Program-made: the position numbers and the translations under genes
In this document: positions 29,433 to 38,256 of the stretch, one piece after another
Numbering within the stretch: the stretch's first letter is position 1
Layout of the letters: every line of letters begins with the position of its first letter
The notes under the pieces: model-generated
What the model was told of the DNA's origin: nothing
The model's input: the letters and a program-made list of their open reading frames with translations, nothing else
Databases searched by the model: none
Assembly (NCBI GenBank): GCA_963735805.1
Contig: CAVTMK010000002.1
Coordinates: 768,001 to 832,000, forward strand
Source of the DNA: an uncultured Verrucomicrobiae bacterium
GTDB taxonomy: Bacteria > Verrucomicrobiota > Verrucomicrobiia > Chthoniobacterales > UBA10450
Length of the DNA stretch: 64,000 nt
Reading direction: 5' to 3'

Positions 29433-29548
29433 TCTTGCCTGCCGGCTCTTCTCTTACTCGTCCCGGTTTGCTTGGATATGGTTGCCTGAAGAACCAACAG
29501 GACGAACAAACCAAAGAGTAGAAGGCGGGTTTGGCGATTGCGCTCGCG

Positions 29549-29577
29549 TTGACACCGCTAGCGACGCCATGGAACTT
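29549..29577 (+). promoter_or_regulatory. possible promoter for the tRNA/GIY-YIG cassette
   Basis: Perfect TTGACA at 29549-54, but only a weak -10 at the expected spacing. Confidence 0.3.
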
Positions 29578-29593
29578 TGTCGCCGCTGATTTT

Positions 29594-29643
29594 GCCAGGT
29601 AGCTCAGTGGTAGAGCAGCCCCGAAAGCATTCGGGGTTGGTCG
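29594..29643 (+). repeat. tRNA 5'-half mimic with the anticodon arm replaced by an 18-nt hairpin
   Basis: GCCAGG-TAGCTCAGTGGTAGAGCAG matches the adjacent tRNA 5' end (one G fewer), followed by CCCCGAAAGCATTCGGGG and TTGGTCG. Confidence 0.85.
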
Positions 29644-29681
29644 TTTAAGGGAAATTCACTAAGCTTTTGCGCAAACAAAGA

Positions 29682-29753
29682 GCCAGGGTAGCTCAGTGGT
29701 AGAGCAGGGGACTCATAAGCCCTTGGTCGGGAGTTCGACTCTCCCCCCTGGCA
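29682..29753 (+). tRNA. tRNA with CAT anticodon (elongator Met or Ile2); CCA not encoded
   Basis: Cloverleaf: GCCAGGG/CCCTGGC acceptor, GCTC/GAGC D-stem, GGGGA-CTCATAA-GCCCT anticodon arm, GGGAG-TTCGACT-CTCCC T-arm. Confidence 0.9.
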
Positions 29754-29761
29754 AATTTAAT

Positions 29762-30004
29762 ATGCCATGGGTTTACATTCTGCGCGGGTCTTCTGGCCGA
29801 CACTATATAGGATCTACGGTCGATTTGGGTGCCAGATTAGCGCAACATCAACGTGGACATACCTACACAACGAGACGACTAGGCGAAAAGCTCGAGCTTG
29901 TTGCGAGTAAAAAAGTTGAGACTCTCGACGAAGCGCGACGCATCGAGCGAATGTTAAAGGCTAAGAAAAATCCGAAACTTGTCATTCACTATTTGGACCA
30001 TTAG
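29762..30004 (+). CDS. minimal stand-alone GIY-YIG nuclease (80 aa)
   Basis: 'WVYIL...RHYIGST...ARLAQH...EARRIERMLK' contains the GIY, YIG, Arg, His and Glu positions. ATG starts 8 nt after the tRNA end. Confidence 0.88.
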   Translation: MPWVYILRGSSGRHYIGSTVDLGARLAQHQRGHTYTTRRLGEKLELVASKKVETLDEARRIERMLKAKKNPKLVIHYLDH

Positions 30005-30057
30005 ACCAGCTCCGAAAGCTTTCGGAGTTGGTCGGGAGTTCGACTCTCCCTTTGGCA
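30002..30057 (+). repeat. 18-bp palindrome plus tRNA 3'-half mimic
   Basis: TAGACCAG-CTCCGAAAGCTTTCGGAG (perfect palindrome 30010-30027)-TTGGTCGGGAGTTCGACTCTCCC-TTTGGCA. T-arm is identical to the intact tRNA. Confidence 0.85.
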
Positions 30058-30096
30058 TTTATTAATTATGCAGTGGGAATGTCGATTACGGATTGA

Positions 30097-31650
30097 TTGG
30101 GCTCCTGGCTCAAGCGTGCATCGATGAGTGGCGAGACTTTTTTCAAAAAGCTTTTCGCTTCTGGAAATTCTTATTGGCTGACACGCTTCGTCATTCTCCG
30201 GCTACTCGGTTTTATTTACGCAGTGGCTTTTCTGGTCGCGGCGCAACAGTTGGTTCCGCTTATTGGCAAGCATGGATTAACACCCGCAAATCATTTTCTC
30301 GAGAGCGTTCAAACACAGCTCGGTTCGCCCACTGCTGGGATGCTACGAGTGCCGACGCTCTTTTGGTTGGGAATTTCCGATAATGCACTATCGATTTTCT
30401 CCTGGATCGGGTTCGCTTTGTCACTTGTCGTTCTGGGCGGCTACGCCAACGCGATTCTGCTTACAGCACTTTGGGTAATGTACATGTCGATCGTCCACAT
30501 AGGGCAGATCTGGTACGGCTATGGCTGGGAGATTCAACTGCTAGAAACCGGCTTTTTATCGATCTTTCTTTGCCCGTTGCTCGATGGACGGCCGTTTTCG
30601 AAGTGCAGGCCGCCAATCCTCGTTATCTGGCTGTTTCGATGGCTTGGTTTTCGTATCATGATTGGTGCGGGTCTGATCAAATTGCGCGGCGACCCGTGCT
30701 GGCGGGATCTTACCTGCCTGTACTATCACTACGAGACTCAACCAATCCCGAACCCGATCAGCCGTTATCTGCATTTTTCGCCCAATTGGCTGCTGAAATT
30801 TGAGACGGCATGGAATCATTTCATTGAACTCATTGTGCCATGGTTCTCGTTCGGCCCGCGACACCTGCGGCACGTCGCAGGCGTCTTGCTCGTCACATTT
30901 CAAATCTTTCTCATCATTAGCGGCAATCTTTCGTTCCTCAATTATCTGACAATCGTGCCGTTTTTGGCCTGCTTTGACGACACATTCCTGCGGCATTTTC
31001 TTCCGGCAGCGTTGGTCAAACGCGCTGAACGCGCCGCGGACGAATCGAGACCGTCGCGTATCAGCAACACGATCGCGATCGCCGTATCGATCCTAGTTCT
31101 CTATCTGAGCGTCGCGCCAGTGCTGAATCTCGTTTCCGGACGCCAATTGATGAACTACTCCTACGACCCGTTAGATCTTGTAAATACCTATGGTGCGTTC
31201 GGTACAGTTGGGCGCGAGCGCGACGAAATCATTTTTGAAGGCACCGGGGATTCGGTCATTACGGGAGACACCAGGTGGAAGGAATATGAGTTTAAGGCCA
31301 AACCGGGTGATCCAAATCGGCGTCCGCCGTTCGTCGCGCCCTATCAACCGCGGATTGACTGGCAGATCTGGTTTGCAGCGATGGCTTCACCCAGCGAATA
31401 CCCGTGGACATTGCATTTTGTTTGGAAACTTCTGCATAACGATCCCGGCACCTTGTCACTACTCGCAAACAATCCTTTCCCCGACGCGCCACCTCATTTC
31501 ATTCGAGCGCGCCTCTATCGGTATCAATTCGCCCCGATCGGCGATAAAGCGTGGTGGAAACGCGAACCAATTGGTGAATGGTTACCTGCTCTCTCGGCGG
31601 ATAATTCGGAATTTCACAGTCTTCTCGAAACGATGAATTGGTTGGATTGA
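30097..31650 (+). CDS. lipase maturation factor family protein
   Basis: 'YGWEIQLLETGF', 'AGLIKLRGD.CW', 'YHYETQPIPNP' and 'PYQPRIDWQIWFAA'. Alternative start at ATG 30124. Confidence 0.9.
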   Translation: MGSWLKRASMSGETFFKKLFASGNSYWLTRFVILRLLGFIYAVAFLVAAQQLVPLIGKHGLTPANHFLESVQTQLGSPTAGMLRVPTLFWLGISDNALSIFSWIGFALSLVVLGGYANAILLTALWVMYMSIVHIGQIWYGYGWEIQLLETGFLSIFLCPLLDGRPFSKCRPPILVIWLFRWLGFRIMIGAGLIKLRGDPCWRDLTCLYYHYETQPIPNPISRYLHFSPNWLLKFETAWNHFIELIVPWFSFGPRHLRHVAGVLLVTFQIFLIISGNLSFLNYLTIVPFLACFDDTFLRHFLPAALVKRAERAADESRPSRISNTIAIAVSILVLYLSVAPVLNLVSGRQLMNYSYDPLDLVNTYGAFGTVGRERDEIIFEGTGDSVITGDTRWKEYEFKAKPGDPNRRPPFVAPYQPRIDWQIWFAAMASPSEYPWTLHFVWKLLHNDPGTLSLLANNPFPDAPPHFIRARLYRYQFAPIGDKAWWKREPIGEWLPALSADNSEFHSLLETMNWLD

Positions 31651-31691
31651 AACCCCAACTGTGTCGAATTTCGTTTCAACTAATAGAGTTC

Positions 31692-32711
31692 ATGAGGAAG
31701 CCTGTCCGGGTTGTCAGCGCAAATTTTCTGGAGCGAATTGGTGAGCCCGCCTCTCGTTTTTATTCCGATTACCTGGCGTATCGAAATGGCAATATTTCCC
31801 GGGCTGAGTTGATCGGACGGCTGCCACACGTCGCCATGGTCGGCGACAGTGTTTGCATGGGAGCTTATATCTCATCGATCTGGGAGACGTTTTTGCGCAC
31901 GCATAACTGGTGCGGAAATAACTGGTTTCTTGATACCAACCCGACGCCACCAGGGATTCGCAGTGTCTCGAAGAGACTGGAGGAGTTCACTCCGTTTGTT
32001 GCGATTGAATGCGCGGGTATCGGCGCGCTCGTTGATCACGAAGGTCAATCCCCGACTCTTTTCCGACGAATTCTTCGGACGCGCAATTTGTCGGGACAAA
32101 TTAGCAATTTGCTGGCGATGAAACGGTTTCCCGATTTGATTCTCATCTCGATCGGACATAACAATGTCGATTGGGCGTGGCGAATTCCAGCGAACGAACT
32201 GGAGCAACCTGAAGGCCGTTTACAACGTCAGAGCCGCGAGTTCCGTACGAATTTCACCCGACAGATTCTGCGCTTGATTGATCGCGCCCGTATGCAGCGT
32301 CACCGCATCGGCATCGTTGTGTATGGTCTTGTCAATTTCCAGTCATACTTTCGAGCGCGTGAGGTCGCGGAGCGCCTGCGAGCGGATGATACATCACGCT
32401 ATCCGCATCTGGAAACGACTTACAAATACTTTACATCCTTCCGGCCGGCTTACCGCTCCAATCTGATTCGCCTGGCAAAAATGGTGAACGAGGAATTGCT
32501 TGCGATCGTAAGGGAACTGAATCGGGAACCCAGTGACAATACGATGGTGCGCCTGCGATACTCGGATGCATTAGCAACAGCCGACTTGAGTCGCGCGGAA
32601 CTGCTTCACCCTGTCGATGGCTGGCATGCCTCCGTCGAAGGCCACAACGTTCTCGCAGAAGCCGCGTTTCGCGATCTCGTACCAAATCTGGAATTTCTTG
32701 GATTTACGTGA
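31692..32711 (+). CDS. SGNH/GDSL hydrolase family protein
   Basis: 'MVGDS', 'ISIGHNN' and 'DGWHASVEGH' catalytic blocks. Confidence 0.7.
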   Translation: MRKPVRVVSANFLERIGEPASRFYSDYLAYRNGNISRAELIGRLPHVAMVGDSVCMGAYISSIWETFLRTHNWCGNNWFLDTNPTPPGIRSVSKRLEEFTPFVAIECAGIGALVDHEGQSPTLFRRILRTRNLSGQISNLLAMKRFPDLILISIGHNNVDWAWRIPANELEQPEGRLQRQSREFRTNFTRQILRLIDRARMQRHRIGIVVYGLVNFQSYFRAREVAERLRADDTSRYPHLETTYKYFTSFRPAYRSNLIRLAKMVNEELLAIVRELNREPSDNTMVRLRYSDALATADLSRAELLHPVDGWHASVEGHNVLAEAAFRDLVPNLEFLGFT

Positions 32712-32785
32712 CTCGCATTAGAAACAGTGTTTCACAGGTAGCCGTTGCTGCAGCATCCGCTGGCACTCCTACCGTAAATGTCCAA

Positions 32786-34534
32786 TTACAGATCTCCACG
32801 CTGTTTCAATCGTTCTACGGTCTCGCGCAACATGCGATGACCGAAATGTCCCTGTCGGACGCGTAATAGTTCCGAGCCACGCCACTTTTGCTGGATCATC
32901 TCGAGCTGTTCGAGTGGCGCGATCGAATCGAATTCGCCCGCAACAAATAACACCCCTGCCGGATCACTTAGCGGAAAGTTGTGTATCGGTGAACTTAGAT
33001 GAAAATGCCTGGCCACGAGCGACGGCTCGATATTCGCCCGATGCAGTTCGCGGCGAATGCACCGCGCTGCAGGGCTCTCCCAGATCGCGTGATCGATGTT
33101 TACTATAGGCGCCATCAAAGCGACGAAACGCAGGTCGCGCTCGACCATTGCCAGCAACGCACCGATCCATCCACCGTAACTGGTGGCGAGCACACCGAAT
33201 TCGCGGGAGCCGCGTTCGCGCAATCCGCTCATCAATTGGCGCAGTTCCATTACGCCCTGGCGCAACCCTTCCGCATTGCGGATCAGATTGCAGGTGATCG
33301 CAAGCTCACCGTTCCAATACCCGCGAGGGACACGCGAATAATGGTATGGCAGCTGAAGAAAGCATGCATTCCAGCCAAGTTGGTTGAATTGCTCTGCGCA
33401 ACGTTGATAGCCCACGCAACTCGTGGACATCAGCGCGTGCAAAATAAAAACCGTCGGCGCGCTGCGACCACGTTCTGAAGGAAAGAAATCCGCGCGTGCC
33501 ATATTATTCGCTGGAAATTGAGTTTCTACGGGGCTGCGCCACGTAATAGTCGGGTCACCGTTTCCCAGTGCTTCAGCGAGATTGCCATCGTGTAGCGAGG
33601 CATAATATTGACCGACCGTGAGGCGCTCGCATTGCTCCACGTAGCGCTCCATCTCCTCGCGGCTGTGCCCGTTTAGTCGGTGACGGGCATGAATGAAGTT
33701 GATCGACGCGCATAGAAACGCATCGATCCCATTCGCAGCATAGCGTTGAAATCCACTTTCTTTGGCTCTGCTGCGACCGACACCGTTATCGGAAGGGTAC
33801 TGCGCTGGGGCGTCCTGTCGGCGATGCTGCGCGCTGGCGTTGCCAGTTCTCCTCTCTCGCGGAGGGTGTGGCAAGTCGTCCGTCGTGAGATGAAATGTTT
33901 GCTGTAGCTCCGCATAGAGACTTTTGAATGTAGCTGCCAATTCGGATTCAATCCGCTGGCGCGCCTCCGACTTTTTTAGCTCGGGGAAATGTGAGATTGG
34001 ATTCCCGAAAGCGATCCAAATTGGCGTTCGCCGGAACGGTAGCCAGCGTTTGGCTGAATAGAAACGGTCGCTGCCAAGAATGACGCACGGCAAAATCGGG
34101 ATCCCGGCAATGTGTGCAAGTGTTGACGCGCCGGGCCGCAGCCGGGCACCTTCCAGAAGCGATCGCGGACCGTCGCGAATCCCGCCCTCGGGGAAAAGAC
34201 CAACCGCATGTCCCTCTTTTAACCGCTCGATTGCGGTGCGAATCGTTTTGCGATCAGCACGATCGCGATTTACCGGGAACGCATCGACTGCGCGCAAGAG
34301 AAAGCCCAGCGCCGGAGGCCGAAAAAATTCCGCCATTGTCATCCAGTCAATTTTTCGTCGGATCACTAACGAAACGATGAATGGATCGAAATGGCTGATG
34401 TGATTGGCTGCCAGCAAAAATCCGCCGACACAGTTTGCATTTTCGCGCCCGATCACCCGAACACGCGTGACACAACCAAACACCAGTCTCATCAGCAGCT
34501 TGCCAGCGCGATAAGATGTGGTTTTGATTTTCAC
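32786..34534 (-). CDS. lysophospholipid acyltransferase fused to an alpha/beta hydrolase
   Basis: N-terminal 'NHISHFD' and 'FPEGG'. C-terminal 'ATSYGG', 'GEFDSI' and 'QGH' triad elements. Confidence 0.8.
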   Translation of the reverse strand: MKIKTTSYRAGKLLMRLVFGCVTRVRVIGRENANCVGGFLLAANHISHFDPFIVSLVIRRKIDWMTMAEFFRPPALGFLLRAVDAFPVNRDRADRKTIRTAIERLKEGHAVGLFPEGGIRDGPRSLLEGARLRPGASTLAHIAGIPILPCVILGSDRFYSAKRWLPFRRTPIWIAFGNPISHFPELKKSEARQRIESELAATFKSLYAELQQTFHLTTDDLPHPPRERRTGNASAQHRRQDAPAQYPSDNGVGRSRAKESGFQRYAANGIDAFLCASINFIHARHRLNGHSREEMERYVEQCERLTVGQYYASLHDGNLAEALGNGDPTITWRSPVETQFPANNMARADFFPSERGRSAPTVFILHALMSTSCVGYQRCAEQFNQLGWNACFLQLPYHYSRVPRGYWNGELAITCNLIRNAEGLRQGVMELRQLMSGLRERGSREFGVLATSYGGWIGALLAMVERDLRFVALMAPIVNIDHAIWESPAARCIRRELHRANIEPSLVARHFHLSSPIHNFPLSDPAGVLFVAGEFDSIAPLEQLEMIQQKWRGSELLRVRQGHFGHRMLRETVERLKQRGDL

Positions 34535-34640
34535 TGATTGAGTGTCTCGCGGCCCCAGTGTCTTCGGAAGCCCATTTTCAGGCTGATTCCTTTTTGTAAC
34601 GTGGTATCATAGTCTGCGGTTCTGACACGAGGTTTTGGTT

Positions 34641-34940
34641 ATGAAACCCAGAAGTCCTTCCACGCGCGGTAAAGGGCAGTTTCCACACACTGACTACTTT
34701 TTCCATTCTGGTTTTGGGCAATGGCACGGCGACTATTTTTCTCCATATGACGGAGAAGACAGATATGGATTCAGGAATTTTTACAATTTAGCACGCGAAT
34801 TCCGTATCGAAGCCGCAAAGGAGCGTGCCAGGGAAGTAGCGGTGTTTGCATTGATTGTTCTGACGTCGGCGTGGCCGGTGCTCTACATGGTGATCACAGT
34901 GGTAAGGTTGCTGATCAGAGGACGGCCTGTGGATCAGTAG
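34641..34940 (+). CDS. hypothetical small membrane protein
   Basis: ORF fills the gap between acyltransferase and putA; C-terminal hydrophobic helix. Confidence 0.5.
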   Translation: MKPRSPSTRGKGQFPHTDYFFHSGFGQWHGDYFSPYDGEDRYGFRNFYNLAREFRIEAAKERAREVAVFALIVLTSAWPVLYMVITVVRLLIRGRPVDQ

Positions 34941-34972
34941 CGGGACTTCAACACGCACCGCGTTCGGGGCGA

Positions 34973-37900
34973 CTATCCTTTTGGCCAGAGAAATTCAGCT
35001 CGATGTTCTGGCGTTTTTTCCGGCGCGAGACCGTGGCGTGCGACGTTTTCGGTAACGACGCGCGGGATGAGAAAGTTTAGCAAATAATCTTCGCCTCCGG
35101 CTTTACTGCCGGCGCCGCTCATCTTGAATCCGCCAAAGGGATGCCGGCCGACGATTGCCCCTGTGCACGGGCGGTTGATGTAAACGTTGCCGGCTTCCAA
35201 CTGCGCCTTAACACGTTTGATGTTAGCTGGGTTGCGCGAAAAGAAGCCGCCAGTCAACGCATAATCAGTGCCGTTAGCAACTTCGATTGCTTCATCGAGA
35301 TCGCGCACTTTTAGTACACTCAGTACCGGGCCGAAAATTTCCTCGCGCGCAATTCGCATGTTGGGTTTCACACCCGTAAAAATCGTAGGCGGAATGAAAT
35401 AACCTTTCGGCGGGATGTCCTTTGTCTGATAGGCGAGCGTCGCCTCGCTTTTGCCTACTTCGATGTAGTCCAGGATCCGCCGGTACGCGGCCTCATCAAT
35501 CACCGGCCCGACCACGACGTCTGGTTGTTCCGGATTGCCGACGCGCACACTGGCGGCGGCGTTGAGTAAACGCTCCATAACGCGGTCGTAATTTTCTTCG
35601 AGGACAATCAGCCGGGAAAGCGCCGAACACTTCTGGCCTTGAAAACCGAACGCGGAATAAATTGAATCGACGATTGCTTCATCCAGATCGGCGTCAGAGT
35701 CGACGATCATGGCGTTCTTCCCGCCCATCTCGCAGATGACGCGCTTGAGCTCGCGTTGACCTTCGCGCGTTTTGCCGGCGCTTTCCCAAATCCACAGCCC
35801 CACCTCGCGCGATCCTGTGAAGGCGATCAAATCAACGTCTTTGTGATCAACCATGTGAGCCCCAATGACGGAGCCTTTGCCGTTGAGAAAATTCAATACT
35901 CCGGGCGGCACGCCGGCTTCCTCGTAAATCTCCATCAACATGGCACCGATAATGACCGATTGCTCCGATGGTTTCATGATCACCGTGTTGCCGGTAACCA
36001 ACGCGGCACTGACCATGCCGCACAAGATGGCCATGGGGAAATTCCAAGGAGCTATTACGAGCGCGACACCGCGTGGCCAGTAATGCTGATAGCTTTCTTC
36101 TCCGGGCACATTTTGTGTGAGCCGGGGCCGGCCCATCCGGCGCATCTGGCGGGCGTAGAAAGTGCAAAAATCGATGGCTTCGGCAATGTCACCGTCTGCC
36201 TGGGCCCATGGCTTGCCAACTTCAAAGACTTCGAGCGCGGAAAGCTCAAATCGGCGGCGGTCAAGAATTTCGGCGACGCGTTCCAGCAATTGGCACCGCT
36301 GTTCAAACGAAGTGCGACGCCATTTCTCAAATGCCGTACGCGCGGCGGCGACGGCGCGTTCGGCTTCGGGAATGTCGGCTTCGGCTGCGTACCCGACGAT
36401 TTGGTCTGGTTGACTGGGATTGACCGAGGAGAACATCTTATCGGTCCAAATCTTATCGCCCTTGATAGTGAGCGGAACTTTGCGTCCGAATTGCTTGCGC
36501 TGTTCGTGTAGCGCACTACGCATTTTCTCCTGGTTCTCGGGTAAGGCGAAGTTCGTTAACGGCGCATTTTCATAGGAAGCGCCCGGCTGTGTCTTTGGTG
36601 TGGTTGTTGTCATATTTATGGTGGGATTCGATGGGGGTAGAACGCCGTTTCGATTCCGACGCAAAATCTCGCATGGATCGCGCAACAATTCTTCCGTGGA
36701 GGCATTCTCCGAAAATTTTGCCCGTAAGAAGCCTTCGTTCGAGGTATTTTCGAGCAAACGTCGAACGAGATAGGACATTCCGGGAAGCAGTTCACCGACC
36801 GGGCAATATTCGCGAACGCGATAGCCCATTTCCACCAAGGCGCGCTTAATCGGTCCAGCCATCCCAAAGAGCAATTGAAACTCGAAGCGACTGCGATCGA
36901 TCCCCAGTTCGTCCGCAAAGGCCTGCGCGTGCGAGATGCTGCGAACATTGTGCGAGCCGAATGCAGCAGTGACAACCGACTCATTCTCCAACAGCAACCG
37001 CGTCAGCACTTCGAAATTCGCATCGCTTTCTGGTTTCTGACGATAAACTGGACAATCCCAGCCGTTCTGGCGCGATTTCGTCGTTTCGTAATCCCAGTAC
37101 GCACCCTTCACCAGACGGACTGCGAACCGCGTCCCACGCCCGCGACCCCACTCAATCAAGTCACGCAAATCGGTTTCAGAATCTCGTAAATATGCCTGAA
37201 TAACGATTCCGGCATGCGGCCAATCCTTGAACTCTTCCTCGGTGAAAATGGTTTTGAACAGTTCAAGCGTACCATTTTTGTGCGCATAACTTTCCATGTC
37301 GAAATTGATGAAGGCGCCAAGCTCTCGCGCGCGACGCAGCAGCGGTCGCAACTTGGGCGTGAGATGAGCAATCGCATCCGCCGGATTGGCAGGATTTATT
37401 TGTGAATAGAGCGCGGAAATCTTAACCGAAACATTTACAACCGGAAAAAGCTCCGAATTTTCGCCCAACGGATCGGTCCAGGCCTTTGTTTCATGTGCGA
37501 GGCCGTCGAGCAAATGCAGATAACGCGCCGCGTATTCATCGGCCTCCATTTCACTGACGACAGCCTCTCCCAAAAGATCGACAGTAAAGCCTATCTTTTG
37601 AGTCCGGCGCTTGCGCAATGTCCGCATGACATCGTTCGGGTTTCGTCCAGCGATGAACTGGCGCGCCATTTCGGAAACGTTCCAGCGCAGAATAGGACCG
37701 CTAATCCACGGAACGATGCCAGCCAGACGAATACCCGCTCCTAAAAATTCCGAAAGCTTTCTCGAATCACGCGCATCGGCGAAGTATTCCCGGAGATGTT
37801 CGACAATTTCTCCTGATGTGCGCAGGGAGGGAAGGACATCGACAAAACGAAAGAGCTGTAACTTGAGTTCCTCATCGCGCATCGATAGCGTCATCAGCCT

Positions 37901-38002
37901 CTGATACAAGCCAGCCTTGCTGAAAAGGGATTCAGGATTTTTATCGACCAGTTCGAAGATGCGCCTGCCGCGCTGTTCGATCTCGTCTTGGAGCGACCTC
38001 AT
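34973..38002 (-). CDS. putA: bifunctional proline dehydrogenase / P5C dehydrogenase
   Basis: 'LFRFVDVLP', 'RLVKGAYWDYE', 'YLVRRLLENTSN', 'PWNFP', 'EMGGKN', 'GQKCSA' and 'EEIFGP'. Confidence 0.95.
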   Translation of the reverse strand: MRSLQDEIEQRGRRIFELVDKNPESLFSKAGLYQRLMTLSMRDEELKLQLFRFVDVLPSLRTSGEIVEHLREYFADARDSRKLSEFLGAGIRLAGIVPWISGPILRWNVSEMARQFIAGRNPNDVMRTLRKRRTQKIGFTVDLLGEAVVSEMEADEYAARYLHLLDGLAHETKAWTDPLGENSELFPVVNVSVKISALYSQINPANPADAIAHLTPKLRPLLRRARELGAFINFDMESYAHKNGTLELFKTIFTEEEFKDWPHAGIVIQAYLRDSETDLRDLIEWGRGRGTRFAVRLVKGAYWDYETTKSRQNGWDCPVYRQKPESDANFEVLTRLLLENESVVTAAFGSHNVRSISHAQAFADELGIDRSRFEFQLLFGMAGPIKRALVEMGYRVREYCPVGELLPGMSYLVRRLLENTSNEGFLRAKFSENASTEELLRDPCEILRRNRNGVLPPSNPTINMTTTTPKTQPGASYENAPLTNFALPENQEKMRSALHEQRKQFGRKVPLTIKGDKIWTDKMFSSVNPSQPDQIVGYAAEADIPEAERAVAAARTAFEKWRRTSFEQRCQLLERVAEILDRRRFELSALEVFEVGKPWAQADGDIAEAIDFCTFYARQMRRMGRPRLTQNVPGEESYQHYWPRGVALVIAPWNFPMAILCGMVSAALVTGNTVIMKPSEQSVIIGAMLMEIYEEAGVPPGVLNFLNGKGSVIGAHMVDHKDVDLIAFTGSREVGLWIWESAGKTREGQRELKRVICEMGGKNAMIVDSDADLDEAIVDSIYSAFGFQGQKCSALSRLIVLEENYDRVMERLLNAAASVRVGNPEQPDVVVGPVIDEAAYRRILDYIEVGKSEATLAYQTKDIPPKGYFIPPTIFTGVKPNMRIAREEIFGPVLSVLKVRDLDEAIEVANGTDYALTGGFFSRNPANIKRVKAQLEAGNVYINRPCTGAIVGRHPFGGFKMSGAGSKAGGEDYLLNFLIPRVVTENVARHGLAPEKTPEHRAEFLWPKG

Positions 38003-38256
38003 TTACGAAATTAGTTCGCCCCCACGTGTTAATCAAAGACGGAACCCGGCTCTTCACCGCCAAAAAAATCTTACTGCCAGACACGCTCACTTTGAGGCCG
38101 GTTTCCGAAACTAGAGTGAAATTGCTTCAAGCAATTTTGAGGAGCAAGTGGAGGAGATTTGCCTGGCAGAGTCCGGAGGCCCAGGGCTCGGATCTGTCAG
38201 GCAATCTCTTTTATGCTGATTGATCGGGAGCGGAACCTCGCGTAGCAAACAGGATA

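Noticed and set aside
29696..29761. N-terminal extension of the GIY-YIG ORF in the ORF track
   Set aside because: It is the translation of the tRNA gene. ATG 29762 directly precedes the GIY motif.
29594..30057. Group I intron with a homing endonuclease in a tRNA anticodon loop, or an integrase-type island
   Set aside because: The interval contains a complete tRNA and the ORF with little room for a ribozyme core, the outer halves have no anticodon, and no integrase is present.
32737..32773. GGTAG...CTACC (and GTAG at 34937) as further REP copies
   Set aside because: They are too degenerate, with no convincing hairpin.
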